Positions 1-12,363 of a stretch of DNA of 64,000 nucleotides are shown piece after piece; within the stretch, counting starts at the first letter, position 1, and the number at the start of each line of letters is the position of its first letter. Origin of the DNA: Candidatus Marsarchaeota archaeon (GTDB lineage Archaea; Micrarchaeota; Micrarchaeia; Micrarchaeales; CABMGC01). The translations under genes were made by a program, and so were the position numbers. Location: positions 2,297 through 66,296 of the forward strand of contig JAMCYP010000014.1 of the NCBI GenBank assembly GCA_023476545.1. Reading direction: 5' to 3'. A model generated the notes under the pieces. That model worked only from the letters and a program-made list of their open reading frames with translations. It was not told where the DNA came from and did no database searches.

Positions 1-2789
<2,789 letters not shown>

Positions 2790-2793
<4 letters not shown>

Positions 2794-4619
2794 TCCTCCA
2801 TTCCCACCTGCGGCCTTATGTGCAGGCTCTTTATCTCGTCAAGTAGCAGCTTGAACGCGTAGCTTATCTCCACATCGGAGAGCTTGTTGCTTCCGCAGAG
2901 AGGGCAGACCTCCACGCGCTTTGCGAAGTCGTGGTAGCCTATGCTGCCGCACTCCTTGCATATTAGCACCGTTGCCTTGTCGCTCTGGTCGAGCATTCGC
3001 TCCTTGAGCAGCAGGCTCGCTCCGTATGCTACGAGTACGTCTCGTTCCATCTCTCCGAACCTGAGTCCTCCGAGCCTCGCCTTTCCTTCGGTAGGCTGGT
3101 GGGTGAGTATCTGCACAGATCCCCTCGACCTTACCTGCATCTTGTTGCTGACCATGTGGTGCAGTCTGTTGTAGTAGACCACTCCCTGGAAGATCTTTGA
3201 CTTGAAAGGCCTGCCGGTCACGCCGTCATATAGCACCTCCTCGCCGTACTTGTCGAACCCGTGCGCCTCGAGAAGCTTTCCATACTCCTCTATTCTTGTG
3301 GTGCCCTTCTCCGAGAAGGCCGTCCCGTCCATCCTTGTGCCCTTCATGGCACCGGCCTTGGCGCCGAGCGTCTCAAGCAGGTGGCCGAAGGTCATTCTCG
3401 CAGGTATGCTATGAGGGTTGAACATCAGGTCTGGCACCACTCCCTGCTCGGTGAATGGCATGTCCTCGTGAGGAACCACGAGCGCGACCACTCCCTTCTG
3501 CCCGTGCCTGCTTCCGAACTTGTCCCCGGCTTCAGGTACTCTCAGGCTCCTGACCCTTACCTTTACGGTCCTTGTCGCTCCAGGCGACTCGGTGAATATG
3601 ACACCGTCTACGACTCCGTTGTCTCCTGGCTTCAGCGAGACCGAGTCGTCTCTGGTCTTCTCCTCAAGTCCTCCGGCTCCTATGCTCTCTTCCAGGAATC
3701 TAGGCGGTGCGACCTTGCCTATAAGCACGTCGCCCTCGCCGACGTTCATCTCCGGCTCTATTACTCCGTCGTCGCTAAGTTTGGAGTAGGCGTGTTCGCC
3801 GAGATAGCCCTCGGTTGTCGCTGGCGGTACCTTTATCAGGTCCTTCTGCCCTCCAGGATACCTCCTCTCCTCGTCCGAATACATCTTGTAGAACATGCTT
3901 CTTGCCAGGCCCCTATCCACTGCCGCCTTGTTGAGCACAACCGCGTCCTGCATGTTGTAGCCGTAGTAGGTTGAGGTTGCGACCACGAAGTTCTGGCCCG
4001 ATGCGTGCTTGCTCAGCTTCATGCTCTCGTAAGCTGTCGTGGTTATCATCGGAGCCTGCGGATAGAAGAGTATGAATGCCCTGGACTCGAACCTCAGGTT
4101 GAAGTTAGTAGCGTAAAGGCCCTGCGCCTGCTTGATGTAGCTCGCGAACATGAGGTGTCGCGGTGCGCTGTTCATCTCTGGGAATGGGGCTGTGTTGACA
4201 GTCACTCCGAATATCGAGACCGGATCCACCTCCAGGTGCGTGCTCTTCTCTGTTATGTCGGCCTCTGTCATCGCGACCAGCGCGTTCTCCTCCTCTTCAG
4301 CGTCTAGGAACTCGATTATCCCGTTCCTTATCAGGTAGCCGAAGTCCACCTCCTTCTTCTCCATCTTCTCTGCTATCTCCTTGGTCAGCTTTGACTTGCC
4401 GTTCTCGACAAGCACGTACGGCTTCCTTACTCTGCCCCTGTCGGTGTTGATGTGGACCTCGTTCAGCTTCTCCAGGTAGGCGACGTTTATCTCTCCAGAG
4501 AACACGCCCTTGCGCCTGGCTGCCCTTACCTCGCCGACGTAGGCGAACGGGTCGGCCACGTAGCCGATCGCCCTTCCGTTAAGGTGAACATAACATTTCT
4601 CGCTTACCTTCCTTGCCAT
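2790..4619 (-). CDS. rpoB1: DNA-directed RNA polymerase subunit B' (Rpo2C)
   Basis: GDKFGSRHGQKG, GGLRFGEMERD, C-terminal CxxC..CxxC zinc ribbon. Confidence 0.99.
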
Positions 4620-4623
4620 GCGA

Positions 4624-6099
4624 TCAATCCTCCTCTATCTTGCCAAGCTCCTTGAGCTTGCCCTCCACGAGTTTCTCGTCTGCCCCGACGCTTACCTTGG
4701 CCATTATGGCAAGATATTTCGTAAGTCCTACGTCGAGTCCTTCCGGGGTCTCTGACAGGCAGATCTTCCCCCACTGCGTGCCGTGAACCTCTCTTGCGTT
4801 GAAGTGAGGATGCTTCTTCGCAAGCGGCGACTTTACTCGCCTCAGGTTCGTGTATGTGCTGACAAGGTTCGTCCTGTCAAGCACCTGCGACACTCCCGTC
4901 TGTCCGGCAACCCATGTGCCGGTTCCCATCGCGTAGCTTATCTTCTCTGTTATTGTCTCTGGGCTGATTATCGTAGGTATGCTGAGCTTCCTGCCCCTTG
5001 CGCTCGCCCTCTCTATCTGGTACTTAACGTCCTTGACGAAGAACCTGAACGCGTATGCGAAGAGCTCTTCCATGAGCTGGCCCGCGTACTTGACTCGCTT
5101 GTTTGAGTAGTGGTCCTTGTCGTCCTGCGGCGCGAGCTTGTTTGCAACTATGCTCGTGCGCCTCGCCATCTGAAGCAGGTATCTGCCCTTGGCCTTCCTG
5201 TCCTCAGGCTTTGTGCCTATGTGAGGCAGAAGGTAGGTGTCAATCTGCGTCTCTGCGCGCTTGACCTGGTACTCCTTTGCCTGGCCGGGCGCGGAGAGCT
5301 TCCCCATCTCGAGCAGCGAGTCGCTTGGGCCGAGCTCCTTGACGTCCCCCTGCTCAGTGTTCAGAAGCATGTCGTTCCTGTACTGGGGCACGTCGCTCGC
5401 GGATTCTACCATGTCTGCGACCTGCATTCCAAGGGCGCGCAGCAGCAGCGTCATGCCAACGGCCTTGTGCAGCGTGGGGAACTCGACGCTGAATATACCG
5501 TTCTGGTTCCTCGAGACTACGGTCCTCGCCCTGAAGCCCGGAGCAGTTGAGAATACCTTGCTTGTAGTCTCAGCGCCGCCCTTCTCCTTGCTCGTGATTA
5601 TCCTATTAGGCGCCAGGTCCTCCAGGCCGATCAGCACACGTTCGGTGCCCTTGATTATGAAGTAGCCGCCAGGGTCTTCCGGATCCTCCCCGTTCTCTAT
5701 GAGCTGGTTCTTTGTAAGCGTTCTGAAGTGGCAGAGATTGCTCCTGACCACTATGGGCAGCTCGCCGACGAAGACCTCTCCGTACGACGCCTCCTTCTCT
5801 ATGCCTCTTATGACTGGCACGAACTCGAGGAACATTGGCGAGGAGTATGTGAGGTTCCTGAGCCTAGCCTCGTTAGGCAGTATGCTCCTCCTCGAGCTGT
5901 CGGCCTCTATTACCGACGGCTTGTCCAGCCTTATCTTTCCGAGCTTGAGCGAGAAGCCTTCCACGCTAGGCTCTATCGTCCCCTGCTGGTCTATTATCTT
6001 CTGTATGTCCTGCTCTGCGAAACGGTTGAAACTGTCGATCTGGTGCTGAACCAGAGAGTTGGAACTAAGGTAGGATTCCAATATAGTGTTCTTTCTCAT
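4624..6099 (-). CDS. rpoB2: DNA-directed RNA polymerase subunit B'' (Rpo2N)
   Basis: DPGGYFIIKGTERV, DDKDHYSNKRV, ETPEG motifs; operon position. Confidence 0.99.
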   Translation of the reverse strand: MRKNTILESYLSSNSLVQHQIDSFNRFAEQDIQKIIDQQGTIEPSVEGFSLKLGKIRLDKPSVIEADSSRRSILPNEARLRNLTYSSPMFLEFVPVIRGIEKEASYGEVFVGELPIVVRSNLCHFRTLTKNQLIENGEDPEDPGGYFIIKGTERVLIGLEDLAPNRIITSKEKGGAETTSKVFSTAPGFRARTVVSRNQNGIFSVEFPTLHKAVGMTLLLRALGMQVADMVESASDVPQYRNDMLLNTEQGDVKELGPSDSLLEMGKLSAPGQAKEYQVKRAETQIDTYLLPHIGTKPEDRKAKGRYLLQMARRTSIVANKLAPQDDKDHYSNKRVKYAGQLMEELFAYAFRFFVKDVKYQIERASARGRKLSIPTIISPETITEKISYAMGTGTWVAGQTGVSQVLDRTNLVSTYTNLRRVKSPLAKKHPHFNAREVHGTQWGKICLSETPEGLDVGLTKYLAIMAKVSVGADEKLVEGKLKELGKIEED

Positions 6100-6112
6100 T
6101 GGATCTTGCCGT

Positions 6113-6343
6113 TTATTTCTCGACCACGTACCTGTAGTGCTTGTAGCTCTTGCCGAAGTCCTCCCTCTCTATCTCTATCACGTCGCCAGGTTTGGCTTCG
6201 AGCTTCTTCGCCTGCGGATCGGTCACGAGTATCTTGGGGAGGTTGTGCGTTCCTATGCCCAACGATGACAGCATCGCGCTGACATCGGTGTGGCTCATGA
6301 TTTTGTGTATTGGTACGAGCTCGTGTTCCCGTTTACTCAACAA
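6113..6343 (-). CDS. rpoH: DNA-directed RNA polymerase subunit H (Rpo5)
   Basis: HELVPIH...LPKILVTDP...GDVIEIER...YRYVV; first gene of the RNAP operon; AGGTGG SD upstream. Confidence 0.98.
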   Translation of the reverse strand: MLSKREHELVPIHKIMSHTDVSAMLSSLGIGTHNLPKILVTDPQAKKLEAKPGDVIEIEREDFGKSYKHYRYVVEK

Positions 6344-6485
6344 TCCACCTAAAAGAAGGGTAGGACTAACGTTATCGAGAGTCTAAAGTAGTATAAGTAG
6401 GGAAAGGTATATATAGATGTTCATACGCGCGGAGAGTGCCGGTATTGACAGCCAGCATGCCTGCGTCTTTAGAGGGTTGCGGCGA

Positions 6486-6745
6486 TTACGAGTGCCTCAA
6501 CGCCTGGAGCAGATCGCTCCTCTGGCGCTCTATCTCTCTGAGTATCTTGCTTACCTCCCTTGCCCCAGTGCCTCTTTGTTCTTGCCGCGCAGGTCTACCT
6601 GAGTGGAATGTGTGCCGTTCTTCTCCCTCATCAAGGCGTGGTCCCCTCTCATGCGCACAACGTCGAATCCCTGCCTGCCGAGTGCTTTTACCGTATCTCT
6701 TCCAGAGACCACGATTCGGCTGTTGCCACCATCCCTTTTGGGCAT
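6486..6745 (-). pseudogene. hicA: HicA-family mRNA interferase toxin, apparently frameshifted near 6570
   Basis: VSGRDTVKALGRQGFDVVRMRGDH matches the HicA N-terminal pattern. The ORF stops at 6551, but the shifted frame continues GAREVSKILREIERQRSDLLQALRHS* to 6486, resembling the HicA C-terminal helix. Confidence 0.7.
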
Positions 6746-6896
6746 AATCTTCTCTGCGATGATGTTATGGAACTATATAGGTGTTACTTTTGTTTTCGCA
6801 AAATGAGCACAAGGACATTGACAAACTTCGACGTACAGTGTGACTGTAGAAAATGCTTAAATATCAGGAGATGCATATTAACTTTAGGTTGAGGCA

Positions 6897-6971
6897 ATGG
6901 CAAACATTCAGGAATACGTGCCCAAGTGGTCGGTGTCCGACAACGGTACACCGAGGTCATTCGGTTACTGA
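6897..6971 (+). CDS. Possible 24-aa small ORF (MANIQEYVPKWSVSDNGTPRSFGY)
   Basis: ATG preceded by GAGG and an AT-rich promoter-like tract; too short to be confident. Confidence 0.25.
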   Translation: MANIQEYVPKWSVSDNGTPRSFGY

Positions 6972-7111
6972 AAGCCACGGCCTAAGAACACAACCCTTCT
7001 TTTAACAAATCTCGCTCGGCGCGGGTTCGGGGATCCTGCTGCTGAGACCGTTAAACAAAAAGCAAGCGCCATCTCTGGCTGCTGCTCCTTGGCTTGGCAA
7101 ACGAAAGGTGA

Positions 7112-7387
7112 ATGGAAATGATGGACGATGATGTGTTTGAACTGCGTGAGATGCTTGCACGGCGCTGCGCCGTATGCGAGCGCGAGCTTGCAGAAGGCGA
7201 GGAGAGGGTCATCCTGCCTGCATATGTCCAGGAACGCGACGCATACGTACGCGACGGAATGGCAGATCAGAGGATAGCGTGCGTCGAGTGCGCCATGAGC
7301 CTGAAGCACAAGGAGAAAACAAGGATGCACACTACAAGAGCCAGCGAGGAGAAGCGCGTGATGGCCTTCCTTCGCATGCTGCAGTGA
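7112..7387 (+). CDS. Small zinc-binding protein (CxxC...CxxC)
   Basis: CAVC and CVEC pairs; GGTGA SD upstream; codon usage like neighbours. Confidence 0.75.
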   Translation: MEMMDDDVFELREMLARRCAVCERELAEGEERVILPAYVQERDAYVRDGMADQRIACVECAMSLKHKEKTRMHTTRASEEKRVMAFLRMLQ

Positions 7388-7472
7388 ATGACTGGCGCTG
7401 CCGCTCCTCTTCGGCAGCGCTAACTTAATATAAACTGTAAGCGGAATAGGCTCACGGACTGCAGGTGATCTA

Positions 7473-8447
7473 TTGCTCGTAATGGGAATTGAGAGCAGCG
7501 CGCATACGTTCGGCGTTGGGATAGTAGATAATGGCAGAATGCTCGCCAACGAGAAGATGATGTACGACGTTGGGACGCACGGCATGATACCGGCGAAGGT
7601 AGCTGAGACGCACGTGAAGAACGCGGGTACGGTAATAGAGACGGCGCTGGGCAAGGCAAAAGTCTCGATGAGGGAGATAGAAGGCGTAGGCTACACGAAG
7701 GGACCTGGCATAGGGGCATGCCTGCAGATCGGACAGCTTGCTGCAAAGACGATAGCAATAGGGCTCGGGGTGAAGATAACCCCGGTCAACCACGCAGTCG
7801 CGCATGTGGAGATAACGAAACATGAGTCGAAGATGAAGGACCCAATAGCACTATACGTGAGCGGCGGCAACTCGCAGATACTGAAGCTCGCCCAAACGCC
7901 ATTCCCGCATTATCAGATCCTTGGTGAGACGTTCGACGTGGGAGTCGGCAACATGCTTGACGCATTTGCGCGCGAGATAAAACTGAAGCCAGCGTGGGGC
8001 TCTACTGTTGCGAAGCTGGCGGCAAACGGCAGGTACGTGGAGATGCCGTACACGGTGAAGGGCATGGACTTCGCGTTCACCGGCTTGCTGACATACGCGT
8101 CTGAGCTGGCGGGGAAGAGAAGCAACGAGGATCTCTGCTACTCGATACAGGAGACCTCGTTTTCGATGCTGTGCGAAGCAACCGAGCGTGCGCTGCTCTT
8201 GACAAACAGCGACGAACTCGAGCTATGCGGAGGCGTAGCCCAGAGCTCAAGGCTGCAGGAGATGCTGAGAAGCGTTTGCAAGGAGCATGGAATGAGGTTC
8301 GGTGTCGCCAAGAACGAGTATAACGCAGACAACGGCGGCATGATAGCATACGTGGCGGAACGCATGTTGAAGAAAGGCGCATCGGAAACGATAGCCAAAT
8401 GCGACATACAGCAGAAGTACAGGATAGACAAGGCGGTGGTGGTATGA
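7473..8447 (+). CDS. kae1: KEOPS tRNA N6-adenosine threonylcarbamoyltransferase Kae1
   Basis: GIESSAHT, HAVAHVE, LYVSGGNSQ, GETFD, DNGGMIA; TTG start after GGTGA. Confidence 0.98.
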   Translation: MLVMGIESSAHTFGVGIVDNGRMLANEKMMYDVGTHGMIPAKVAETHVKNAGTVIETALGKAKVSMREIEGVGYTKGPGIGACLQIGQLAAKTIAIGLGVKITPVNHAVAHVEITKHESKMKDPIALYVSGGNSQILKLAQTPFPHYQILGETFDVGVGNMLDAFAREIKLKPAWGSTVAKLAANGRYVEMPYTVKGMDFAFTGLLTYASELAGKRSNEDLCYSIQETSFSMLCEATERALLLTNSDELELCGGVAQSSRLQEMLRSVCKEHGMRFGVAKNEYNADNGGMIAYVAERMLKKGASETIAKCDIQQKYRIDKAVVV

Positions 8448-9031
8448 GGAAGCTGAGCGAGGGGGCGGAGGCGAAGGTCTTCAGCACACGGCTGTTCGGC
8501 GTCGATGCCGTGGTGAAGCAGAGACACGCGAAGGCTTATAGAATAAAGGAGCTTGATGAGACCCTGAGGGCGACACGCACAAAGAAAGAGGCGAAAGCGA
8601 TGCTGCGCGCCTACGAAGCAGGAGTCAATGTTCCGAGAATCTTGGGAGTCGGTAAATTCTCGATATACATGGAGAGGAAGAGCGGCAGGCTTATGAAAGA
8701 CTCGCGGATGAAAGATATGGATTTCAGGAAGCTAGGAAGCCTGCTGGCCTTGATGCACGGTGCAGACGTGGTGCACGGGGACTTCACCCCGGCCAACGTA
8801 ATGATCCACGGAAAGGAGCTGTGCGTGATCGATTTCGGGCTCTCGGACATAAGCAGCAGCGTTGAGGACAAGGCACTCGATCTGCTCCTGATGAAACGGT
8901 CCGTAGGAGAACCACAGTACAGGATCTTCGCGAGGGCTTACGCTAAAGGCCTTTCCAATTCGAAGCAGATACTCGCAAGGCTTGCAGAGGTTGAACGCAG
9001 GGGACGCTACCAAACGCGAACTCTCGCGTGA
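8444..9031 (+). CDS. bud32: KEOPS kinase/ATPase Bud32
   Basis: GAEA, HGDFTPAN, IDFGL, RGRY; ATGA overlap with the kae1 stop. Confidence 0.97.
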   Translation: MRKLSEGAEAKVFSTRLFGVDAVVKQRHAKAYRIKELDETLRATRTKKEAKAMLRAYEAGVNVPRILGVGKFSIYMERKSGRLMKDSRMKDMDFRKLGSLLALMHGADVVHGDFTPANVMIHGKELCVIDFGLSDISSSVEDKALDLLLMKRSVGEPQYRIFARAYAKGLSNSKQILARLAEVERRGRYQTRTLA

Positions 9032-9145
9032 CTACAGTTCGCCGACCCTCCTCTTCTGGGCCCTCTTCATTCTCTTCCTGCGCTTCTTCTTCCACTTCCA
9101 GCGCATCCTTCCTTTCTTCTTCCACTTCCTAGGTATGCTTCCCAA
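9032..9145 (-). CDS. rpl41e: Ribosomal protein eL41 (eS32), 37-aa long form
   Basis: Manual translation from TTG 9145: MGSIPRKWKKKGRMRWKWKKKRRKRMKRAQKRRVGEL; GGTG SD upstream; not in the ORF track. Confidence 0.93.
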   Translation of the reverse strand: MGSIPRKWKKKGRMRWKWKKKRRKRMKRAQKRRVGEL

Positions 9146-9209
9146 GCGTAAACACCAACGATGTCAACATCATTTTTATTAGTGTCTATTTATATTAAGC
9201 TGTGGTTCG

Positions 9210-10001
9210 GTGCACAAAGGCATAGCTGCGTATTTCATCATATTGGTGCTGCTAGTCATAGCCGCGTTCTACCTGTACTCATCGGGCAGCGGAGGCAAGC
9301 ACCAGACCAGCACCATAACCACGTTCACAACAGTGCCAGGTTCGAACACCACGTTCACAACCACCATAGCCGGAGGGACCTCCAACTCCAGCACAACCAC
9401 GCAGAGCACGAGTACCGTGTACTATGCGGGATGCGTGTCCGGCAGCCCTTCCGTACAGATACCTAACGGCAACTTCTCAACTGGAACGTACGCAGACTGG
9501 ACGGAATACGGGCCGGGCTTCGGTTCTGCGCCGTTGAATCTCAGCAACGCGAACAACCAGGGATCGTACTATGCTGCCCCATGGAACGGATACAACGGCA
9601 ACTACGCAGCGACTACATACACCACTGGGACCGCTCTGCAGGCGGGCAACCTCACCTCTAAGCCTTTCTCTGTGACGCAGCTCTATCTCAACTTCAAGAT
9701 CGTGTCCTCGGCGAGCTCATCGCTGTATGTTGAGATACTCAGGGACAACAAGAGCGTGATAATCACGCACTACAACACCTACACATCGCCTCCAGGAATC
9801 GAAAACCAGCAGAGCACATTCGTGAACGCAAGCATACCGCTGGCCTCATTCCTCTGCCAGAATGTAAGCATCAGACTTGTAGCAGGGGTCACGGGATCTT
9901 CGGAACTGGGCAAAGGGTACATTGCGGCAGGAGACTTCTATCTGAGCAAGACGCCTGGCACAAACCTGAGCCAGCCTGCAAACCAGACTATATCGGGCTA
10001 G
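9210..10001 (+). CDS. Membrane-anchored Ser/Thr-rich surface protein, possible class III (pilin-like) signal peptide
   Basis: MHKG|IAAYFIILVLLVIAA N-terminus, Thr/Ser linker, beta-rich domain starting NGNFSTG, many N-x-S/T sequons. Confidence 0.8.
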   Translation: MHKGIAAYFIILVLLVIAAFYLYSSGSGGKHQTSTITTFTTVPGSNTTFTTTIAGGTSNSSTTTQSTSTVYYAGCVSGSPSVQIPNGNFSTGTYADWTEYGPGFGSAPLNLSNANNQGSYYAAPWNGYNGNYAATTYTTGTALQAGNLTSKPFSVTQLYLNFKIVSSASSSLYVEILRDNKSVIITHYNTYTSPPGIENQQSTFVNASIPLASFLCQNVSIRLVAGVTGSSELGKGYIAAGDFYLSKTPGTNLSQPANQTISG

Positions 10002-10431
10002 GCTCGGTCGCGCTCTCCGCTTCTCCGGAGTTTCTTCCCCCGCGCTTCGCCTGCCTCCCCGTGTTTGCGTTCGCAAAGAGCACATCAGCGTCTTCGCCGT
10101 CGTTGTGGTCCATCCACGCCTTTATGTAGAGTGCTATGTTCTTGAAGGGCTTGGAGTACCTGTCTGTAAAGCTGTAGGCGCTCTCCTCGTGCTTTAGCAT
10201 CCCGACGTTCACGCCGTAATCCAGGTACCTCTTCCACGTGGCAATCGGCAGGGAGGCGTCGCAGTCCTTGAGCCTCAGCGGCTGCTTCTTCTTCACCTCA
10301 AGCAGAGCCTTCGCAAACCTGTATGCCCGAGTCTCGTTCTCGAAGTATATCTTTGCCAGTTCGCGCACGTTTGGGCTCTTAAGCTTCTCCCTGAGCGGTG
10401 CGTCTTCGAACTCCCAATACTTGATCGCCAT
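9988..10431 (-). CDS. Hypothetical protein, possible winged-helix fold
   Basis: Typical codon usage; co-oriented downstream of srp54; helix followed by GMLKHEESAYSF hairpin. Confidence 0.7.
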   Translation of the reverse strand: MAIKYWEFEDAPLREKLKSPNVRELAKIYFENETRAYRFAKALLEVKKKQPLRLKDCDASLPIATWKRYLDYGVNVGMLKHEESAYSFTDRYSKPFKNIALYIKAWMDHNDGEDADVLFANANTGRQAKRGGRNSGEAESATEPSPI

Positions 10432-10504
10432 ACTTCGTATTCCATGGTTTAGAAATTTTAAGCTTTCTGTCAGGTCAGTAGTTGCCTGTGTGTTTTGATG
10501 GTAC

Positions 10505-11803
10505 TCACTTGGGCATGAACTTCGAGAACTGCTTGCGTACGTTGCGGTCGTTCTTCATGAGCTTGTACATCTTCTTCATCTTGTTGAAGTCGGCTATCAT
10601 CTCTCTCACCTCCTTCTCAGTGGAGCCGCTTCCGTTGGCTATGCGCTTTATTCTGTTAGACTGGCTTATCAGGCTGCCTTCCTCCCTCTCCTGAGGCGTC
10701 ATCGAGTCTATTATCGACTTGTACCTCTTGAGCTTGTTCTCGCTCTGCTCCAACGCCTCCTTTGGCGCGGAGACGCCCAGGGACGACATCATTCCGCTCA
10801 GCGGACCCATCTTATTAAGCGCCTTGAGCTGCGTGTAGAATGTGCTGTAGCTCAGTTCATCGCTCTGCATCTCCTCCGGCTTGACGTTCGCGTCCTTTAT
10901 CGCCTGCTGCACATTGGCCACTAGCGACTCGAGGTCAGGCATGCCCAGAAGCCTTCCGACAAACTTCTTAGAGTCGTATAGTTCGAGCGCGTTGAGCTTC
11001 TCTCCAGTTCCTATGAACTCTATGCCCACCTTGGCAGCGCTTACTGCGCTGAGTGCGCCGCCGCCCTTCCCAGACCCGTCCAGCTTGGTGACAATGACTC
11101 CGGTAAGCTTCACCGCGTTGTCGAACTCGCTGGCCTGCTTGCCCGCGACCTGACCTGTGTCCGCATTGATTACAAGCGTTTTCTCGTCGGGTTTGAACTC
11201 AGCGACCAGGACCTTCAGCTGCTCTATCAGCTCGGAGTCCAGCGCGTTCCGGCCGCTCGTGTCGCAGATTAGCACCTTCTTGTCCTTCAGCGCCGATTTC
11301 GCCTCCTTTATTATCTTCCTTACGTCGCTTTCTCCCTTTATCCCGAAGAATCCGACTCCGGCCTGCTTAGCGAGAGTCTCGAGCTGCTCGTATGCTGCTG
11401 GCCTGGATACGTCGCAGGCTATCAGCGCGCTTGACAGGCCGCGCTCCTGGTAGTACCTGGCTAGCTTTGCCGATGTGGTCGTCTTTCCAGAACCGTACAG
11501 GCCTAGAAGCAGTATCCGCTTCGGCTTCATTACCGGCTCGAACGATTCGCCCATGAGGCTGATGAGCTGTTCGTAGAGCATGTTGGTTATGTAGTCCTTT
11601 GCGCTTACTCCGCCGGGGATTTTCTCCTTCAGGGCTGCGTCCTCGAGCTTCTTTGTGAGCGCGAGCACCAGCTCCACGTTCACGTCCGCGGATATGAGGG
11701 CGCGCTGCAGCTCCTTGTTGAACTCGCGTATCGTCTTGGCGTCGATAATCGTAGCTCCTGTAAGCCTTGCAATCGCTTTTCTTAGCCCTTCGCCCAAGTC
11801 CAT
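10505..11803 (-). CDS. srp54: Signal recognition particle protein SRP54
   Basis: GLYGSGKTT, DTSGR, TKLDGSGKGGGALS, Met-rich M domain; start placed at ATG 11803 (MDLGEG). Confidence 0.98.
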   Translation of the reverse strand: MDLGEGLRKAIARLTGATIIDAKTIREFNKELQRALISADVNVELVLALTKKLEDAALKEKIPGGVSAKDYITNMLYEQLISLMGESFEPVMKPKRILLLGLYGSGKTTTSAKLARYYQERGLSSALIACDVSRPAAYEQLETLAKQAGVGFFGIKGESDVRKIIKEAKSALKDKKVLICDTSGRNALDSELIEQLKVLVAEFKPDEKTLVINADTGQVAGKQASEFDNAVKLTGVIVTKLDGSGKGGGALSAVSAAKVGIEFIGTGEKLNALELYDSKKFVGRLLGMPDLESLVANVQQAIKDANVKPEEMQSDELSYSTFYTQLKALNKMGPLSGMMSSLGVSAPKEALEQSENKLKRYKSIIDSMTPQEREEGSLISQSNRIKRIANGSGSTEKEVREMIADFNKMKKMYKLMKNDRNVRKQFSKFMPK

Positions 11804-11874
11804 GCTCTGCACTTTTATTTTGGGTAATATATTGCCTCTCAATGTTTAAATACAGTCACAGCACAGAAGCGATC

Positions 11875-12240
11875 ATGGAGAGAACCGTGGTAACCAATGC
11901 GAGTCCTATGGAAGCGCTTAGAGCGCGCCAAGCGCAGGACACGTTGATAAGGGTGGGCAGGGACCTTGCGGGGCTGGCTGACGAAACAAAGCTGAAGAAC
12001 CCAAGGATAAGAGACAACGCGTTCGTGAAAGCAGCTGAGTCTCTCAAGAGAAACCCGATGCTCACGCACAAGACTCTTGCAAAAGCGGTTTTCTATCTTG
12101 CGTTGGAGGAAACGTCTCCGGAAAATATCAAAGACAGCGACGTGGTTCGCACGCTGAACACTGTCCTGGACCAGAATGAATCATGGTGGTTCACGCTGGC
12201 ACAGACACTACGCAGAGAGTTGGCAAACGCCCACCGCTAG
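11875..12240 (+). CDS. Hypothetical protein
   Basis: ATG 11875 downstream of TTTAAATA; helical 121-aa ORF. Confidence 0.65.
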   Translation: MERTVVTNASPMEALRARQAQDTLIRVGRDLAGLADETKLKNPRIRDNAFVKAAESLKRNPMLTHKTLAKAVFYLALEETSPENIKDSDVVRTLNTVLDQNESWWFTLAQTLRRELANAHR

Positions 12241-12279
12241 GGAGCAGGCTTTTATTCCTTAAATCTCATCATTAGTCGA

Positions 12280-12354
12280 GGGCTCGTAGCTCAGCTTGGT
12301 TAGAGCGGCGGTCTTATAAGCCGTAGGTCCGGAGTTCAAATCTCCGCGGGCCCA
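12280..12354 (+). tRNA. tRNA-Ile (anticodon UAU)
   Basis: Acceptor GGGCTCG/CGGGCCC+A, D arm GCTC/GAGC, anticodon arm GCGGT-CTTATAA-GCCGT, T loop TTCAAAT; CCA not encoded. Confidence 0.93.
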
Positions 12355-12363
12355 CTGTAGGGA

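Noticed and set aside
6890..7110. RNase P RNA, SRP RNA or 5S rRNA
   Set aside because: No convincing GAGGAAAGUCC, SRP helix-8 or 5S consensus found by eye.
8943..9125. 60-aa Glu-rich minus-strand ORF in the track
   Set aside because: It is an alternative frame of the eL41 gene and overlaps bud32.
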